A DNA stretch of 64,000 nt from contig BQML01000029.1 in assembly GCA_022180565.1 (NCBI GenBank), positions 18,174-82,173 on the forward strand. Reading direction: 5' to 3'. The position numbers were made by a program, and so were the translations under genes. Below are positions 21,029-30,494 of this stretch, in pieces (positions within the stretch are counted from its first letter, which is position 1; each line of letters begins with the position of its first letter). The stretch is from Bacteroidia bacterium. GTDB lineage: Bacteria; Bacteroidota; Ignavibacteria; UBA10030. The notes beneath the pieces were generated by a model. It saw nothing but the letters and a program-made list of their open reading frames with translations. It did no database searches and was not told where the DNA came from.

Positions 21029-21847
21029 ATGTCCGCTTGCCCTCTGATCTTAACGATACTCGGCGGAGTGGCCGCCGGTACGCTGGGCGCACTGCTCGGC
21101 TTGGGCGGAGGAGTGTTTCTGATTCCTTTTCTCGTGCTGGTACTTAATGTCCCCATGCACCAGGCAATTGCCACAAGCATTGTGGCGGTAATTGCCACCT
21201 CCAGTGCAGGTGCCGCCATGAACGTGGAGCGGGGAACGGTGAACATCCGGCTGGGAATGCTCTTGGAGATCGTCACGGTTCTTGGCGCACTGGCCGGAGG
21301 CGTCACAGCATCGGTCCTTCGTGGAGAGGTTCTGGCAAAGATCTTTGCGGCCCTTCTGTTGGTGATCTCGGGGACCATGGCCGTCAACAGACGATTTACG
21401 TCGGTACATCCCTATGAACCTCGCGGAGAACGGTCGCGGCTCGCAGGAGAGTATTACGACGAAGCAGCACGGGAAACGGTATCCTATCGTGTCCGAAATC
21501 TCCCTGCAACCATGGCCGTTTCCTTCGTGGCCGGGAACATTTCCGGGCTTCTGGGTCTGGGCGGAGGGATCTTCAAGGTGCCGGCGATGTATCTGCTGTC
21601 CGGAATTCCCATGAAGGCCGCCGCAGCAACAAGCAACTTTATGATCGGCGTTACTGCCGCCGCCGGGGCATTCATTTATCTGTCCGAAGGACATCTCAAC
21701 GTGCTTGTTGCCGCTCCCGCCGGCCTGGGCGTCCTCGCAGGTTCGATGCTGGGTGTGCGCTTGAGCCGTGTGCTTCGAGCCGAAAGCTTGAAGATGGTGT
21801 TTGTCGTTGTCCTGGCGCTTGCAGCTTTCCAGTTATTGATCCGATGA
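21029..21847 (+). CDS. Sulfite exporter TauE/SafE family membrane protein
   Basis: Two half-repeats with LGLGGGVFLIP / LGLGGGIFKVP motifs; 272 aa. Confidence 0.8.
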   Translation: MSACPLILTILGGVAAGTLGALLGLGGGVFLIPFLVLVLNVPMHQAIATSIVAVIATSSAGAAMNVERGTVNIRLGMLLEIVTVLGALAGGVTASVLRGEVLAKIFAALLLVISGTMAVNRRFTSVHPYEPRGERSRLAGEYYDEAARETVSYRVRNLPATMAVSFVAGNISGLLGLGGGIFKVPAMYLLSGIPMKAAAATSNFMIGVTAAAGAFIYLSEGHLNVLVAAPAGLGVLAGSMLGVRLSRVLRAESLKMVFVVVLALAAFQLLIR

Positions 21848-22197
21848 ACGAACAGAACCGTCAGGCGGAACGGTGGATCAGCTTCACGCTCAGAATCGGT
21901 GTGCTCACAAGCGCATTGCTTCTGGGAACAGGACTTGTCGTTGAATTTCTCCGACCGCATGCCGCAAACGAAGTCACGGACCCTCTCGAGATTCTGAGAG
22001 CCGTTCTTTCGCGGGAAGAGACGCCGCCGGGGATGATCCTCCTGTCGGCCGGTCTTCTTATTCTCATGTTCACTCCCGTCGTTCGCGTCATGACCGCCCT
22101 CGGTACGTTCATGCTGGAAAAGGATCGCGCGTTCAGTTTTGTGGCGATCATCGTTCTCGTAATGTTCATTCTTGAGCTTCTGATCTCCCTTGCGTAG
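21844..22197 (+). CDS. DUF1634-like small membrane protein (usual TauE/SafE partner)
   Basis: 117 aa with three TM helices; start overlaps the TauE stop. DUF1634 genes typically follow TauE genes. Confidence 0.55.
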   Translation: MNEQNRQAERWISFTLRIGVLTSALLLGTGLVVEFLRPHAANEVTDPLEILRAVLSREETPPGMILLSAGLLILMFTPVVRVMTALGTFMLEKDRAFSFVAIIVLVMFILELLISLA

Positions 22198-22765
22198 CCG
22201 GACTCCTGCCATTGTCCTGTTGGGATTCCTCACGGCGGCGTGGACCCGTCCCATGTCCGGACAGGAAATCGACTGGTCATCTTTGACCTTCTCGGTCGCA
22301 GGACAGTGGATCTTTCCTCAAAAGGGGTTTGGGACGTACTGGAACAACGGCCCGGGGCTTTCCCTGTACGCCGATGTTCCCGTGAACCATCCTCTTTCCC
22401 TCTTTGCCTCAGCAGTTGTTTCTCCGCATTCAGTGGCAGAGACGCCGAAGAAACAACAAATTCCTCCGCTTGTTCTTGTTCAACTGGGAGGTGGTTTCCT
22501 CGTCGGCACGAATCACAGGGCGCTTTTCCGCGTCGGCGTGGGGATACAACTCGTCAATAACACATTCATTTTTTCCGGACCAGCTGCACGGCCGGGATTC
22601 GAAAATGCGGTGGAATCTGAATTCGGGATTGCTTTCACAGGCATCATAACCTGGAAACCCGACGTTCTTCCCCCCCTTCAGGCCATCCTGTCGTATCAGC
22701 CCATTCTGGTCGGCCTGGAACCCGTGGCAGTGTTTTCGGTCGGACTGGGGGTAAGACTGGAATGA
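22190..22765 (+). CDS. Hypothetical secreted / outer-membrane protein
   Basis: Signal peptide; composition with alternating hydrophobic residues and C-terminal GVRLE; overlaps both flanking genes. Confidence 0.4.
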   Translation: MRSRTPAIVLLGFLTAAWTRPMSGQEIDWSSLTFSVAGQWIFPQKGFGTYWNNGPGLSLYADVPVNHPLSLFASAVVSPHSVAETPKKQQIPPLVLVQLGGGFLVGTNHRALFRVGVGIQLVNNTFIFSGPAARPGFENAVESEFGIAFTGIITWKPDVLPPLQAILSYQPILVGLEPVAVFSVGLGVRLE

Positions 22766-24684
22766 ACAGCCGAAAGCTTGTCATAATCCTCATCATGATG
22801 TCATGGTCTCTGAAGGCACAGCAGAACGACCAAAGCCTTGAACAGCGCATAAGCGATCAGCTCGCGCGATCCTCCCTCGCCCAGCTTCTTTCAGCAACCC
22901 GCTATGTACCCGTCCTCAGCCTCCGAGGACTTGGAAACTGGTCCGCTCCAGCGAACATTGTCGAACTCAAGGGCATGCCGTTTGAGACATTTCTGCTCAA
23001 CCTGGTTTCGCCTGACTACGTGCCGTTTGACCTGATCCAAGCCGACGCGATTCAGATGGATCCTCGCCCCTCACTCGCTGAAGCAGGGTCGTATCCATCA
23101 GGCCGGATTGTTCTCCAGAGCAGGTCGTTTCCCGACTCCCTGGAGGTGAGGGGACGCGCCTACGGGGGCAGTGAAACCGGGGATGTGATTCTGGACGAAT
23201 ATACCAAGGATAACCTGCCATTCTTTAACAGGAACAAGATCGGGTTTTCGGGTTCCGGCATGGTTGAAGGTCGGGCTGGCGACTACGGCTATCGCCTGAT
23301 GGTGGCAGGGTTCAACTACTTTTCGGTGGGGTATGAAGACAGAGATCGGATCATTCTTTCGTACATCGATGCGTCGACGTTTTCGCGTCCGAATAGGAAT
23401 TACGTGGGAGCCGCTGAACTGGAGTGGAAAGGAAAAAACGGGAAGAGCATCTCGGTGTACGCCGGAGTGAACGCCTTTACTGCGTGGGAACAGATTCCGT
23501 TTACGTCGACGTTCGGATTCTTCTCGGGATCAATTGGGACCATCCGGCTCTCGGCGCCAAACCTCCTCCCTTTTCTGACGCTGGGTATCCGAAGGGATGA
23601 AGGAATTGTTTCCATGCGGAACCAGAAAGGAACGGCTGGCGGGGAATACGATGAATCCGTGAGCGGAATTCATCTTCTTCCCCACTTTGATCTTGGCCGG
23701 TCATTCCGAATCTCCCTTCCGCTTGAATACGTCGTTCGTGAAATCACGATTCCGGCGGGAAATACTCAGTTCTTCACGCAGAACGATCTTCGAAAGGCGT
23801 GGGCGGTTGGGATTCGGGGGGAGGCCGGATTTTCGGACGGTCAACTCCTTGTGGCAGTAAGAGCGGAACGGGGGGGCAATGGTCAGGGGTGGTTTTCTGC
23901 CACCCTCGGGGCGCAGGTGCGGACATCCGATCATTCCCAAGTCGAAGTCACGGTATCCTCGCTTGCGCGGCCACCTTCCGCACTCGAACAGCACGGCATA
24001 TTTTCCGTTACAAGGGTTCGCCAGCCGTTAGGGGAGATCGATACCTTTACGGTCAAAGGGAACCCCGGACTCCTCGCGTCACGGACAACAGGAGGAGACG
24101 CAACATTCAGGATTTCAGGCGCCGTACGAACAACGTTTTCTGTCTTCGCTTATACGATCGAGAACGAAATCCGGCGAAGACCGACGATGAGTATCCGCTC
24201 AGCTTATCCCGGCGACCTTGTGTTTTCAGGGAAGTACGAAAACCATGATCGAGCATGGTATGGCGGATTTGAAGCCCGCTTGGGTGCGGATATTGGTGAG
24301 CGGATGGGTGCTGAAATCGGATATGCGTGGACTCAAAATCACGCACAGCTTCCGCGTCATCAATTAAGGCTCAGGGGGACTTGGAAGCTGACCGCGGGGA
24401 CAACCGGATCGGTGTCATTTCAAGGCATGACGCGCACACACTGGCCGGAGCTTGCCGTGAGTTCTGCAAACGATGAGTTCGCAGGCGCAGGTTCCGACGG
24501 TATGCTGCCGGAATATTGGAGCCTTGATTGCTCAGTGATTCAGGACCTGGGGGCGGTCTGGTTTCTCGGGCAACTTCAGGCAAGGTTGGAACTCCAGAAT
24601 CTTCTGAATCGCGAACTGCGAATGTTTCCCATCGGCGTGACGCGCGATTTTGCCGTCATTGGATACCTCACAATGAAGCTCTGA
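22762..24684 (+). CDS. Putative outer-membrane beta-barrel protein with a TonB-dependent-receptor plug-like N-terminal region
   Basis: 640 aa; signal peptide; N-terminal region resembles a TBDR plug (...LRGLGN....VELKGMPF...SGRIVLQSR); long beta-rich region. Confidence 0.45.
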   Translation: MNSRKLVIILIMMSWSLKAQQNDQSLEQRISDQLARSSLAQLLSATRYVPVLSLRGLGNWSAPANIVELKGMPFETFLLNLVSPDYVPFDLIQADAIQMDPRPSLAEAGSYPSGRIVLQSRSFPDSLEVRGRAYGGSETGDVILDEYTKDNLPFFNRNKIGFSGSGMVEGRAGDYGYRLMVAGFNYFSVGYEDRDRIILSYIDASTFSRPNRNYVGAAELEWKGKNGKSISVYAGVNAFTAWEQIPFTSTFGFFSGSIGTIRLSAPNLLPFLTLGIRRDEGIVSMRNQKGTAGGEYDESVSGIHLLPHFDLGRSFRISLPLEYVVREITIPAGNTQFFTQNDLRKAWAVGIRGEAGFSDGQLLVAVRAERGGNGQGWFSATLGAQVRTSDHSQVEVTVSSLARPPSALEQHGIFSVTRVRQPLGEIDTFTVKGNPGLLASRTTGGDATFRISGAVRTTFSVFAYTIENEIRRRPTMSIRSAYPGDLVFSGKYENHDRAWYGGFEARLGADIGERMGAEIGYAWTQNHAQLPRHQLRLRGTWKLTAGTTGSVSFQGMTRTHWPELAVSSANDEFAGAGSDGMLPEYWSLDCSVIQDLGAVWFLGQLQARLELQNLLNRELRMFPIGVTRDFAVIGYLTMKL

Positions 24685-24753
24685 CGCCGCCAGAACCTTG
24701 TCCTTGTTTCTCCCCAAATTCTTCGTACATTCAGCAATTCTTGCAGGAGTGCC

Positions 24754-25293
24754 ATGATTCTGACCGACAAGCAGATCCTTCGTGAAATGGAAACAGGGAC
24801 GATCGTCATCAAGCCGTTCAGCCGGAAGTATCTGGGTTCGAACAGTTATGACGTACACCTCGGGGAGTGGCTTGCCATGTATGACGAGGAGATCCTGGAT
24901 TGCCGCAGGCATAATTCGGTCCATTATTTCAAAATCCCGAGGGAAGGACTGATCCTTGTGCCCAGCAAGTTGTATCTGGGCGTGACCAAGGAATACACTG
25001 AAACTCACAAGCATGTTCCGTTTCTGGAAGGGAAGAGCAGTATCGGACGCCTCGGGATCGACATTCATGCCACAGCAGGAAAGGGGGATGTGGGATTCTG
25101 CAATACCTGGACTCTTGAGATTTCCGTCCGCCAACCCGTCCGGATCTATGCCGGAATGCCGATCGGTCAACTCATCTACTTTGAAGTCTCCGGTGAAGTC
25201 GAAGTCCCCTACACCCGCAAGAAAGGCGCGAAGTACAACAAGCGCAGTGTCAAACCGGTTGAATCCATGATGTGGAAGAATTTCAAGGACTGA
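24754..25293 (+). CDS. dcd: dCTP deaminase
   Basis: MILTDKQI...SYDVHLG...GKSSIGRLGI...PIGQLIYF, the Dcd signature. Confidence 0.85.
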   Translation: MILTDKQILREMETGTIVIKPFSRKYLGSNSYDVHLGEWLAMYDEEILDCRRHNSVHYFKIPREGLILVPSKLYLGVTKEYTETHKHVPFLEGKSSIGRLGIDIHATAGKGDVGFCNTWTLEISVRQPVRIYAGMPIGQLIYFEVSGEVEVPYTRKKGAKYNKRSVKPVESMMWKNFKD

Positions 25294-25387
25294 AACGGCA
25301 GTATTCTCAACCTCTCATTCTTGCTGAGTTCCTCTGTGTCCATCCGGGTCATGACACCGGGGAACAAACACAAAAGGGAAAAGCAAC

Positions 25388-26212
25388 GTGAGCTTCGCGG
25401 ATTCGTTGAGAAAAGTTCAACAGGAACAGAACTCTCTACTCTGCATCGGTCTTGATCCGGACCCCGACCGCCTTCCCACACACCTCGGCACCTCCCCCCG
25501 GGCTGTTCTCGAATTTAACAAACAGATTATTGAATCCACCGGCGACCTGGTCTGCGCCTACAAAATGAATCTTGCCTTTTACGAAGCGTTGGGGGACGAA
25601 GGCTGGTCGGTTATCCGAAAAACCGTTGAAGCAGTTCCGGGCAACGTTGTGACGATTGGTGATGCGAAACGGGGAGACATCGGAAACACGGCCGAACGGT
25701 CGGCCCTCGCGCTTTTTGGAGACTTGAAGTTCTCGGCGGTGACCGTCAATCCTTATATGGGATTCGATTCCGTGGAACCGTATTTGAAATATCGCGAACG
25801 CGGAGTCTTTCTTCTGGCACTCACGTCAAATCCCGGCTCGAAAGACTTTCAGCGGCTGAAAGCCGGCTTAAAACCCGTCTATGAACGGGTCGTGCGCGCG
25901 GCGCGAAAATGGAACGAAGGGGGGAATATTGGGCTTGTCGTGGGAGCAACGCACCCAAGGGAATTGAAGCGCATTCGAAAACTGGTTCCGACTATGCCTC
26001 TTCTTATTCCGGGGATTGGACATCAAGGCGGTGATGTGCGACAGGTTGTGCGATATGGGTGCGACCGGAAGGGCTTTTCCGCGGTGATCAACGTAGGCCG
26101 GTCGGTGATCTTTGCGTCGCGTGAGAAGGACTTTACCTCTGCTGTTCGTCGCGAGGCTATGATGGTCCGTGATGAGATCCGGATGATTCAGGCGGAGGCT
26201 TTCGGAGCGTAA
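25388..26212 (+). CDS. pyrF: Orotidine 5'-phosphate decarboxylase (type 2)
   Basis: LCIGLDPD...YKMNLAFYEALG...IGDAKRGDIGNT; length of 274 aa fits type-2 PyrF. Confidence 0.85.
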   Translation: MSFADSLRKVQQEQNSLLCIGLDPDPDRLPTHLGTSPRAVLEFNKQIIESTGDLVCAYKMNLAFYEALGDEGWSVIRKTVEAVPGNVVTIGDAKRGDIGNTAERSALALFGDLKFSAVTVNPYMGFDSVEPYLKYRERGVFLLALTSNPGSKDFQRLKAGLKPVYERVVRAARKWNEGGNIGLVVGATHPRELKRIRKLVPTMPLLIPGIGHQGGDVRQVVRYGCDRKGFSAVINVGRSVIFASREKDFTSAVRREAMMVRDEIRMIQAEAFGA

Positions 26213-26240
26213 ACCGCATTGTTCTTGGGGGTCATTCCTG

Positions 26241-27728
26241 ATGGGGGAAATTCCATTCCGAGAAAAATTTCTCCGGCATGTGTGGAGTAAAAAATCCCTG
26301 CGCACGCCCGGACTGGCAACGTTCGACAACCGGCCACTCGAGATCCTTGATCCCGGGGTTCTCAATGAAGGGAGTGGACCGGACTTCAGAGGAGCGCGCG
26401 TACGCATCGGTTCTGTTCTCTTCGCGGGCGATGTGGAGATTCACCGGAATGTTGCCGAGTGGATACAGCACGGTCACCAGAACGACCCTGCCTATAACCG
26501 TGTTATTCTGCATGTGGTATTCGAGGGAGATCCCTTGAGGTTCCCGACCCTCGCGCGAAGCGGACGTTCGATTCCCGTGCTCGTGGCTTCGGATTTCCTG
26601 ATGGATTCTCTTCAAACGGTTCTCGAGCATGGCCGCGAGGAAGAATTGGACCGTTGGAAACGCGCAATCCCTTGCGCCGGTCGGACGGCCGGGATTCCGC
26701 CGGATGTCCTTGAGAACTGGATCACGGTGCTTTCCGAGCAGAGGCTGGAATTCAAGATCCGACGCTTTGAAGAACGGTTGCGTGAATTGGCCTTTCAGGC
26801 AAGCCTGAGCGTACTGGAAGGATCCGCGCGATACCGCTTCGCGCCCGGTATTCCCGACGAGGTCCCACTGCCTGAAAGAGGCCTGCGCGATCTTGTTGCA
26901 AGAGAACTCTGGGATCAGGTGCTGTACGAGGGAATCATGGACGGCCTTGGATATTCCAGGAACCGAAAACCCTTTGTACGCCTCGCACGTTCTGTGACTC
27001 TTGAAGTACTGCGTTCTCACGGCATGGACGATCCGGTTCGGAGAGAGGCGATTCTGTTCGGCGTCGCAGGCCTCTTGCCTCAGACAAGCCGGTTCTCGGA
27101 CGATGAATCGGCGGTCTATGCGCGGCTTTTGTACAGCCATTGGAAAACCGTGGCTTATAGGCTTTCGTGCGAGCGATTGGATCGGGCCGACTGGAGCCGC
27201 TCGCCCGTCCGCCCTGCAAACGCGCCGGTGTTCCGGATCGCCGCCGCCGCCCGGATTGTCCGCACCATTTTGGACAACGACTTGTTCCGGCGCGTCGTAC
27301 AGAGTTTCAAGACGGCTGAAAACCCGAGGGCCCTCATCGAGGATCTGGTTCCACACATCGCCGTACATGCGGAGGGGTTCTGGGAGCGGCATTATGATTT
27401 CAACACACCCGTATCCCGTACGGGCAGGCTTGTCGGCCAGTCGCGTGCAGTAGACATTCTGGCCAATACGTTTCTCCCCCTGGTGCTCCTGTACGCCCGT
27501 CTGTTTCATGATCGGAGCCTGCGCGCGAATGCCCTTGTTCTCTATCAGTCATTCCCCCCGTTATCAGATAATGCCGTTCTGAGGCTCATGAAACGTCAAT
27601 TAACGGGTGACAAGATTCCGCTCGCGACTCTCAGGTTTCAGCAGGGAACACTCCAATTGTACCACCATTATTGCACGGAAGTGCGTTGTGCGGAATGTCC
27701 GATAGGAAAAATCGTTTTCACCGAGTAA
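26241..27728 (+). CDS. DUF2851-family protein (conserved in the FCB group, function unknown)
   Basis: 495 aa; N-terminal E.FL.HVW pattern and His-rich segment reminiscent of DUF2851; co-directional with its neighbours. The fully overlapping minus-strand ORF has antisense-like Arg/Pro/Gly-rich composition. Confidence 0.45.
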   Translation: MGEIPFREKFLRHVWSKKSLRTPGLATFDNRPLEILDPGVLNEGSGPDFRGARVRIGSVLFAGDVEIHRNVAEWIQHGHQNDPAYNRVILHVVFEGDPLRFPTLARSGRSIPVLVASDFLMDSLQTVLEHGREEELDRWKRAIPCAGRTAGIPPDVLENWITVLSEQRLEFKIRRFEERLRELAFQASLSVLEGSARYRFAPGIPDEVPLPERGLRDLVARELWDQVLYEGIMDGLGYSRNRKPFVRLARSVTLEVLRSHGMDDPVRREAILFGVAGLLPQTSRFSDDESAVYARLLYSHWKTVAYRLSCERLDRADWSRSPVRPANAPVFRIAAAARIVRTILDNDLFRRVVQSFKTAENPRALIEDLVPHIAVHAEGFWERHYDFNTPVSRTGRLVGQSRAVDILANTFLPLVLLYARLFHDRSLRANALVLYQSFPPLSDNAVLRLMKRQLTGDKIPLATLRFQQGTLQLYHHYCTEVRCAECPIGKIVFTE

Positions 27729-27763
27729 ATTGTGAACATGAAGGATGCAGTTCAGGAATCGGA

Positions 27764-28711
27764 ATGCCGGAATATCCTGACATACTCGTGTATCGTGAAG
27801 CGCTCGAACGGCGCATTCGAGGTAAGCGATTGATCGGAATCAGGTTCATGAATCCGTTTCTTTTGCGCTCGGTGATCCCCCGCCCGGAGGAGACCGCGGG
27901 AAGAACGATCGTCGGTGTGCATACCGTGGGAAAGAGAATCGTCATTGAGGCTGAGGGCTCATTCTATCTGGTATTGCATCTGATGATTGCGGGACGCCTT
28001 CACTGGAAACCCCCAGACACCGCCATTCCGAAAAAGAACGGGCATGCGGCGTTCGATTTTGCGCCGGGAACCCTGCTCTTCACGGAAACAGGAACAAAGA
28101 AACGTGCTTCCCTGCATATTCTGCAAGGATCTGCCGCTCTGAAGTCCATCGATCCGGGCGGAATGGACGTGTTTGAGGGTCACCTGGAGGAATTTGCCGC
28201 TCGTTTGCGGAAGGAGAATCATACGGTCAAACGATCGTTGACAGATCCGAGGCTGTTCAGCGGTATTGGAAATGCATATTCGGATGAGATTCTGCACCGC
28301 GCTCGCCTGTCGCCGCTCAAGCTGACGCAAAAGCTGAGCGACGAAGAGACCGAAATACTGTTTCGGGCCTGCCGGGACGTACTGCAAGAATGGACTGAAC
28401 GATTGAGGAAAGAAACAGGTGAGGGATTTCCGGAAAAGGTTACGGCGTTTCGGCCGGAGATGGCGGTTCATGGAAAATATAAGAGCCCATGCCCCGTTTG
28501 TGGGACACTCGTACAACGGATAGCGTATGCAGAGAACGAATGCAATTACTGTCCACGATGTCAGACGGACGGAAAGCTCCTGGCTGACAGGGCGTTCTCA
28601 AGATTGTTGAGAGATGATTGGCCGAAGACAATAGAGGAATGGGAGGAAGGAAGAAGGAGGTTGGTGGGGGAATCCCGGAATGATGGAATAACGGATGACG
28701 GCGGCGCATGA
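27764..28711 (+). CDS. Fpg/Nei-family DNA glycosylase / AP lyase
   Basis: MPEYPDILVY (Pro2/Glu3 catalytic N-terminus), an H2TH region (GIGNAYSDEILHRARLSP), a C-terminal zinc finger (CPVCG...16...CPRCQ), and an extra ~45-aa acidic C-terminal extension. Confidence 0.8.
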   Translation: MPEYPDILVYREALERRIRGKRLIGIRFMNPFLLRSVIPRPEETAGRTIVGVHTVGKRIVIEAEGSFYLVLHLMIAGRLHWKPPDTAIPKKNGHAAFDFAPGTLLFTETGTKKRASLHILQGSAALKSIDPGGMDVFEGHLEEFAARLRKENHTVKRSLTDPRLFSGIGNAYSDEILHRARLSPLKLTQKLSDEETEILFRACRDVLQEWTERLRKETGEGFPEKVTAFRPEMAVHGKYKSPCPVCGTLVQRIAYAENECNYCPRCQTDGKLLADRAFSRLLRDDWPKTIEEWEEGRRRLVGESRNDGITDDGGA

Positions 28712-29781
28712 CTCTTTCCTCCGTTGGTTGGAATGATTTCTTTGAACAGGCCTTTACCCCATTCCGGGGAAGCCCGCTCGTGCCTGCACGCGTCGCCCTT
28801 CAGCATCGGAACTATTACGTCCTGTATTCTGAGCTCGGTGAGTTGCGCGGTGAAACAACAGGCAAGATGCATTACATGGCTTCCGGACCCCAGGACCTGC
28901 CTGCTGTGGGTGACTGGGTGGTCATCAATCCGCGGCCGGACGAGGGAGCAGCCACGATCGTCGAGATCCTTCCGCGTCGAACAAAGTTCTCGCGTCAGGC
29001 TGCCGGCAGGAAGGCCGAAGAACAAATTGTTGCGGCTAATGTCGATTGGGTGTTCATCGTAAGCGGGCTTGACAATGATTTCAATTTGCGGCGCATTGAA
29101 CGGTATCTCGTGCTGGCTTCTGAGAGCGGAGCATCTCCCCTTGTTCTTCTAAACAAGGCAGATGTTTGCGAAGATCCGGACGGCGTACGCAAGGAGGTGG
29201 CGGCAATCAACCCCCACACACCTATCCATGTTCTGAGCGCGCTCAGAAACGAAGGCATCGATGTCATTCGGCACTATCTCCGGAACGGAGCCACGGGAGC
29301 CCTTCTGGGATCGTCCGGAGTCGGTAAAACCACAATCATCAATCGGCTGCTCGGTACGGACAAACGAGCGACTGCGGCGGTACGGGAAGCGGATGACCGG
29401 GGTCGACACACAACTTCGGCGCGCGAATTGATTCCCCTGCCGACCGGAGGCCTGCTGATTGATACGCCGGGCATGAGGGAACTCCAGCTCTGGAGTTCGC
29501 CCGACGCCGTGGGCAAGGTTTTTGACGACATTGAAGCGATCGCGGAGAACTGCCGGTTCAGGGATTGCTCGCACGAAGTCGAACCCGGTTGTGCCGTGCA
29601 GGAAGCCATTGAACAGGGCACAATCGATGGCGGCCGGTTCGAAAGTTACCGGAAATTACTCCGCGAATTGAACTATCAACGGCGCAAACATGATCCTTTG
29701 GAACAAAGGAAGGAAAAGGAGCGCTGGAAAAAGATCATGGCTGATTATAAGCGAAACAAGAAGAAGAAGGGAAAACCGTGA
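28708..29781 (+). CDS. rsgA: Ribosome small-subunit-dependent GTPase A
   Basis: OB-fold N-terminus; circularly permuted GTPase with G4 before G1 (LNKADV...GSSGVGKTT); zinc motif CRFRDCSHEVEPGC; Lys-rich C-terminal tail. Confidence 0.85.
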   Translation: MTLSSVGWNDFFEQAFTPFRGSPLVPARVALQHRNYYVLYSELGELRGETTGKMHYMASGPQDLPAVGDWVVINPRPDEGAATIVEILPRRTKFSRQAAGRKAEEQIVAANVDWVFIVSGLDNDFNLRRIERYLVLASESGASPLVLLNKADVCEDPDGVRKEVAAINPHTPIHVLSALRNEGIDVIRHYLRNGATGALLGSSGVGKTTIINRLLGTDKRATAAVREADDRGRHTTSARELIPLPTGGLLIDTPGMRELQLWSSPDAVGKVFDDIEAIAENCRFRDCSHEVEPGCAVQEAIEQGTIDGGRFESYRKLLRELNYQRRKHDPLEQRKEKERWKKIMADYKRNKKKKGKP

Positions 29782-30173
29782 AAAGAGCCCACATCAGTAC
29801 GGGGATCCTGACGCTTCTTGCGTTTCTTGGAACCGGAATGTACATGCGGGTCAATTTTCCGGAACTCTACGGTGATCGCGAAGCGATTAGATTCCTGTTT
29901 CGTGCAAACCATGTGTACATTCTGTTTTCAGCCCTTCTGAACATCATGGCGGGAATGATCCAGCATTCCCCCCAACAAAGCGGTGTTCTGCAAAAAGGGG
30001 ACGTTCCGGGCTCGATTGCCGTTTTGCTCTCTGCGCCTGTTTTCATTGCGGCCTTTTTCCTCGAGCCGCCGGAAGCCAGTCCCATGCGCCCGGTGACGAC
30101 TGCAGCAGCTTTTCTGGCGCTGGTTGGCGTCGTACTTCTTGTGCTTGCGAGAAAAGACGTCTGGAGACGGTGA
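29778..30173 (+). CDS. Hypothetical polytopic membrane protein
   Basis: 131 aa with about four TM helices; GTG start overlaps the rsgA stop (GTGA). Confidence 0.4.
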   Translation: MKRAHISTGILTLLAFLGTGMYMRVNFPELYGDREAIRFLFRANHVYILFSALLNIMAGMIQHSPQQSGVLQKGDVPGSIAVLLSAPVFIAAFFLEPPEASPMRPVTTAAAFLALVGVVLLVLARKDVWRR

Positions 30174-30383
30174 TCAGAACGAGCGCAGAAAACGGCCGGG
30201 GAGCAAGAGGATCGAACGGAGCAAATCGAACACCGCATCGATAGCGATTCCAAGAAGTCTGAACGGCAACAGCAAGAGCCAGGCGACGGGATAGAGAACG
30301 AGGGCAAGCAGGGCGAGTGGCCAGCAGACAACGAGAAGGAGTAACCAGAGAAGTAATGTTATCATACATGTTAATACGCACAT
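30174..30383 (-). CDS. Possible small (69-aa) Leu-rich membrane peptide; may be a compositional artefact
   Basis: ATG-initiated ORF encoding an almost wholly hydrophobic peptide, abutting the previous gene tail-to-tail. The plus strand here is strongly purine-rich, which alone would produce Leu/Pro codons in the antisense frame. Confidence 0.2.
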   Translation of the reverse strand: MCVLTCMITLLLWLLLLVVCWPLALLALVLYPVAWLLLLPFRLLGIAIDAVFDLLRSILLLPGRFLRSF

Positions 30384-30494
30384 GGGGGGCGCGGGTTTCG
30401 GTACCCCGGACGGGTGACAACATCAGCGGAAACTACCGAGAACTCAAGGAAGGACTCCTGGTGTGTGATTGCAGGCCGAAGGGACCGATGACCT

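Noticed and set aside
26232-27509. 425-aa minus-strand ORF fully overlapping the DUF2851 gene
   Set aside because: Arg/Pro/Gly/His-rich composition typical of antisense frames in high-GC DNA. No motifs. The plus-strand frame is co-directional with its operon neighbours and has family-like N-terminal features.
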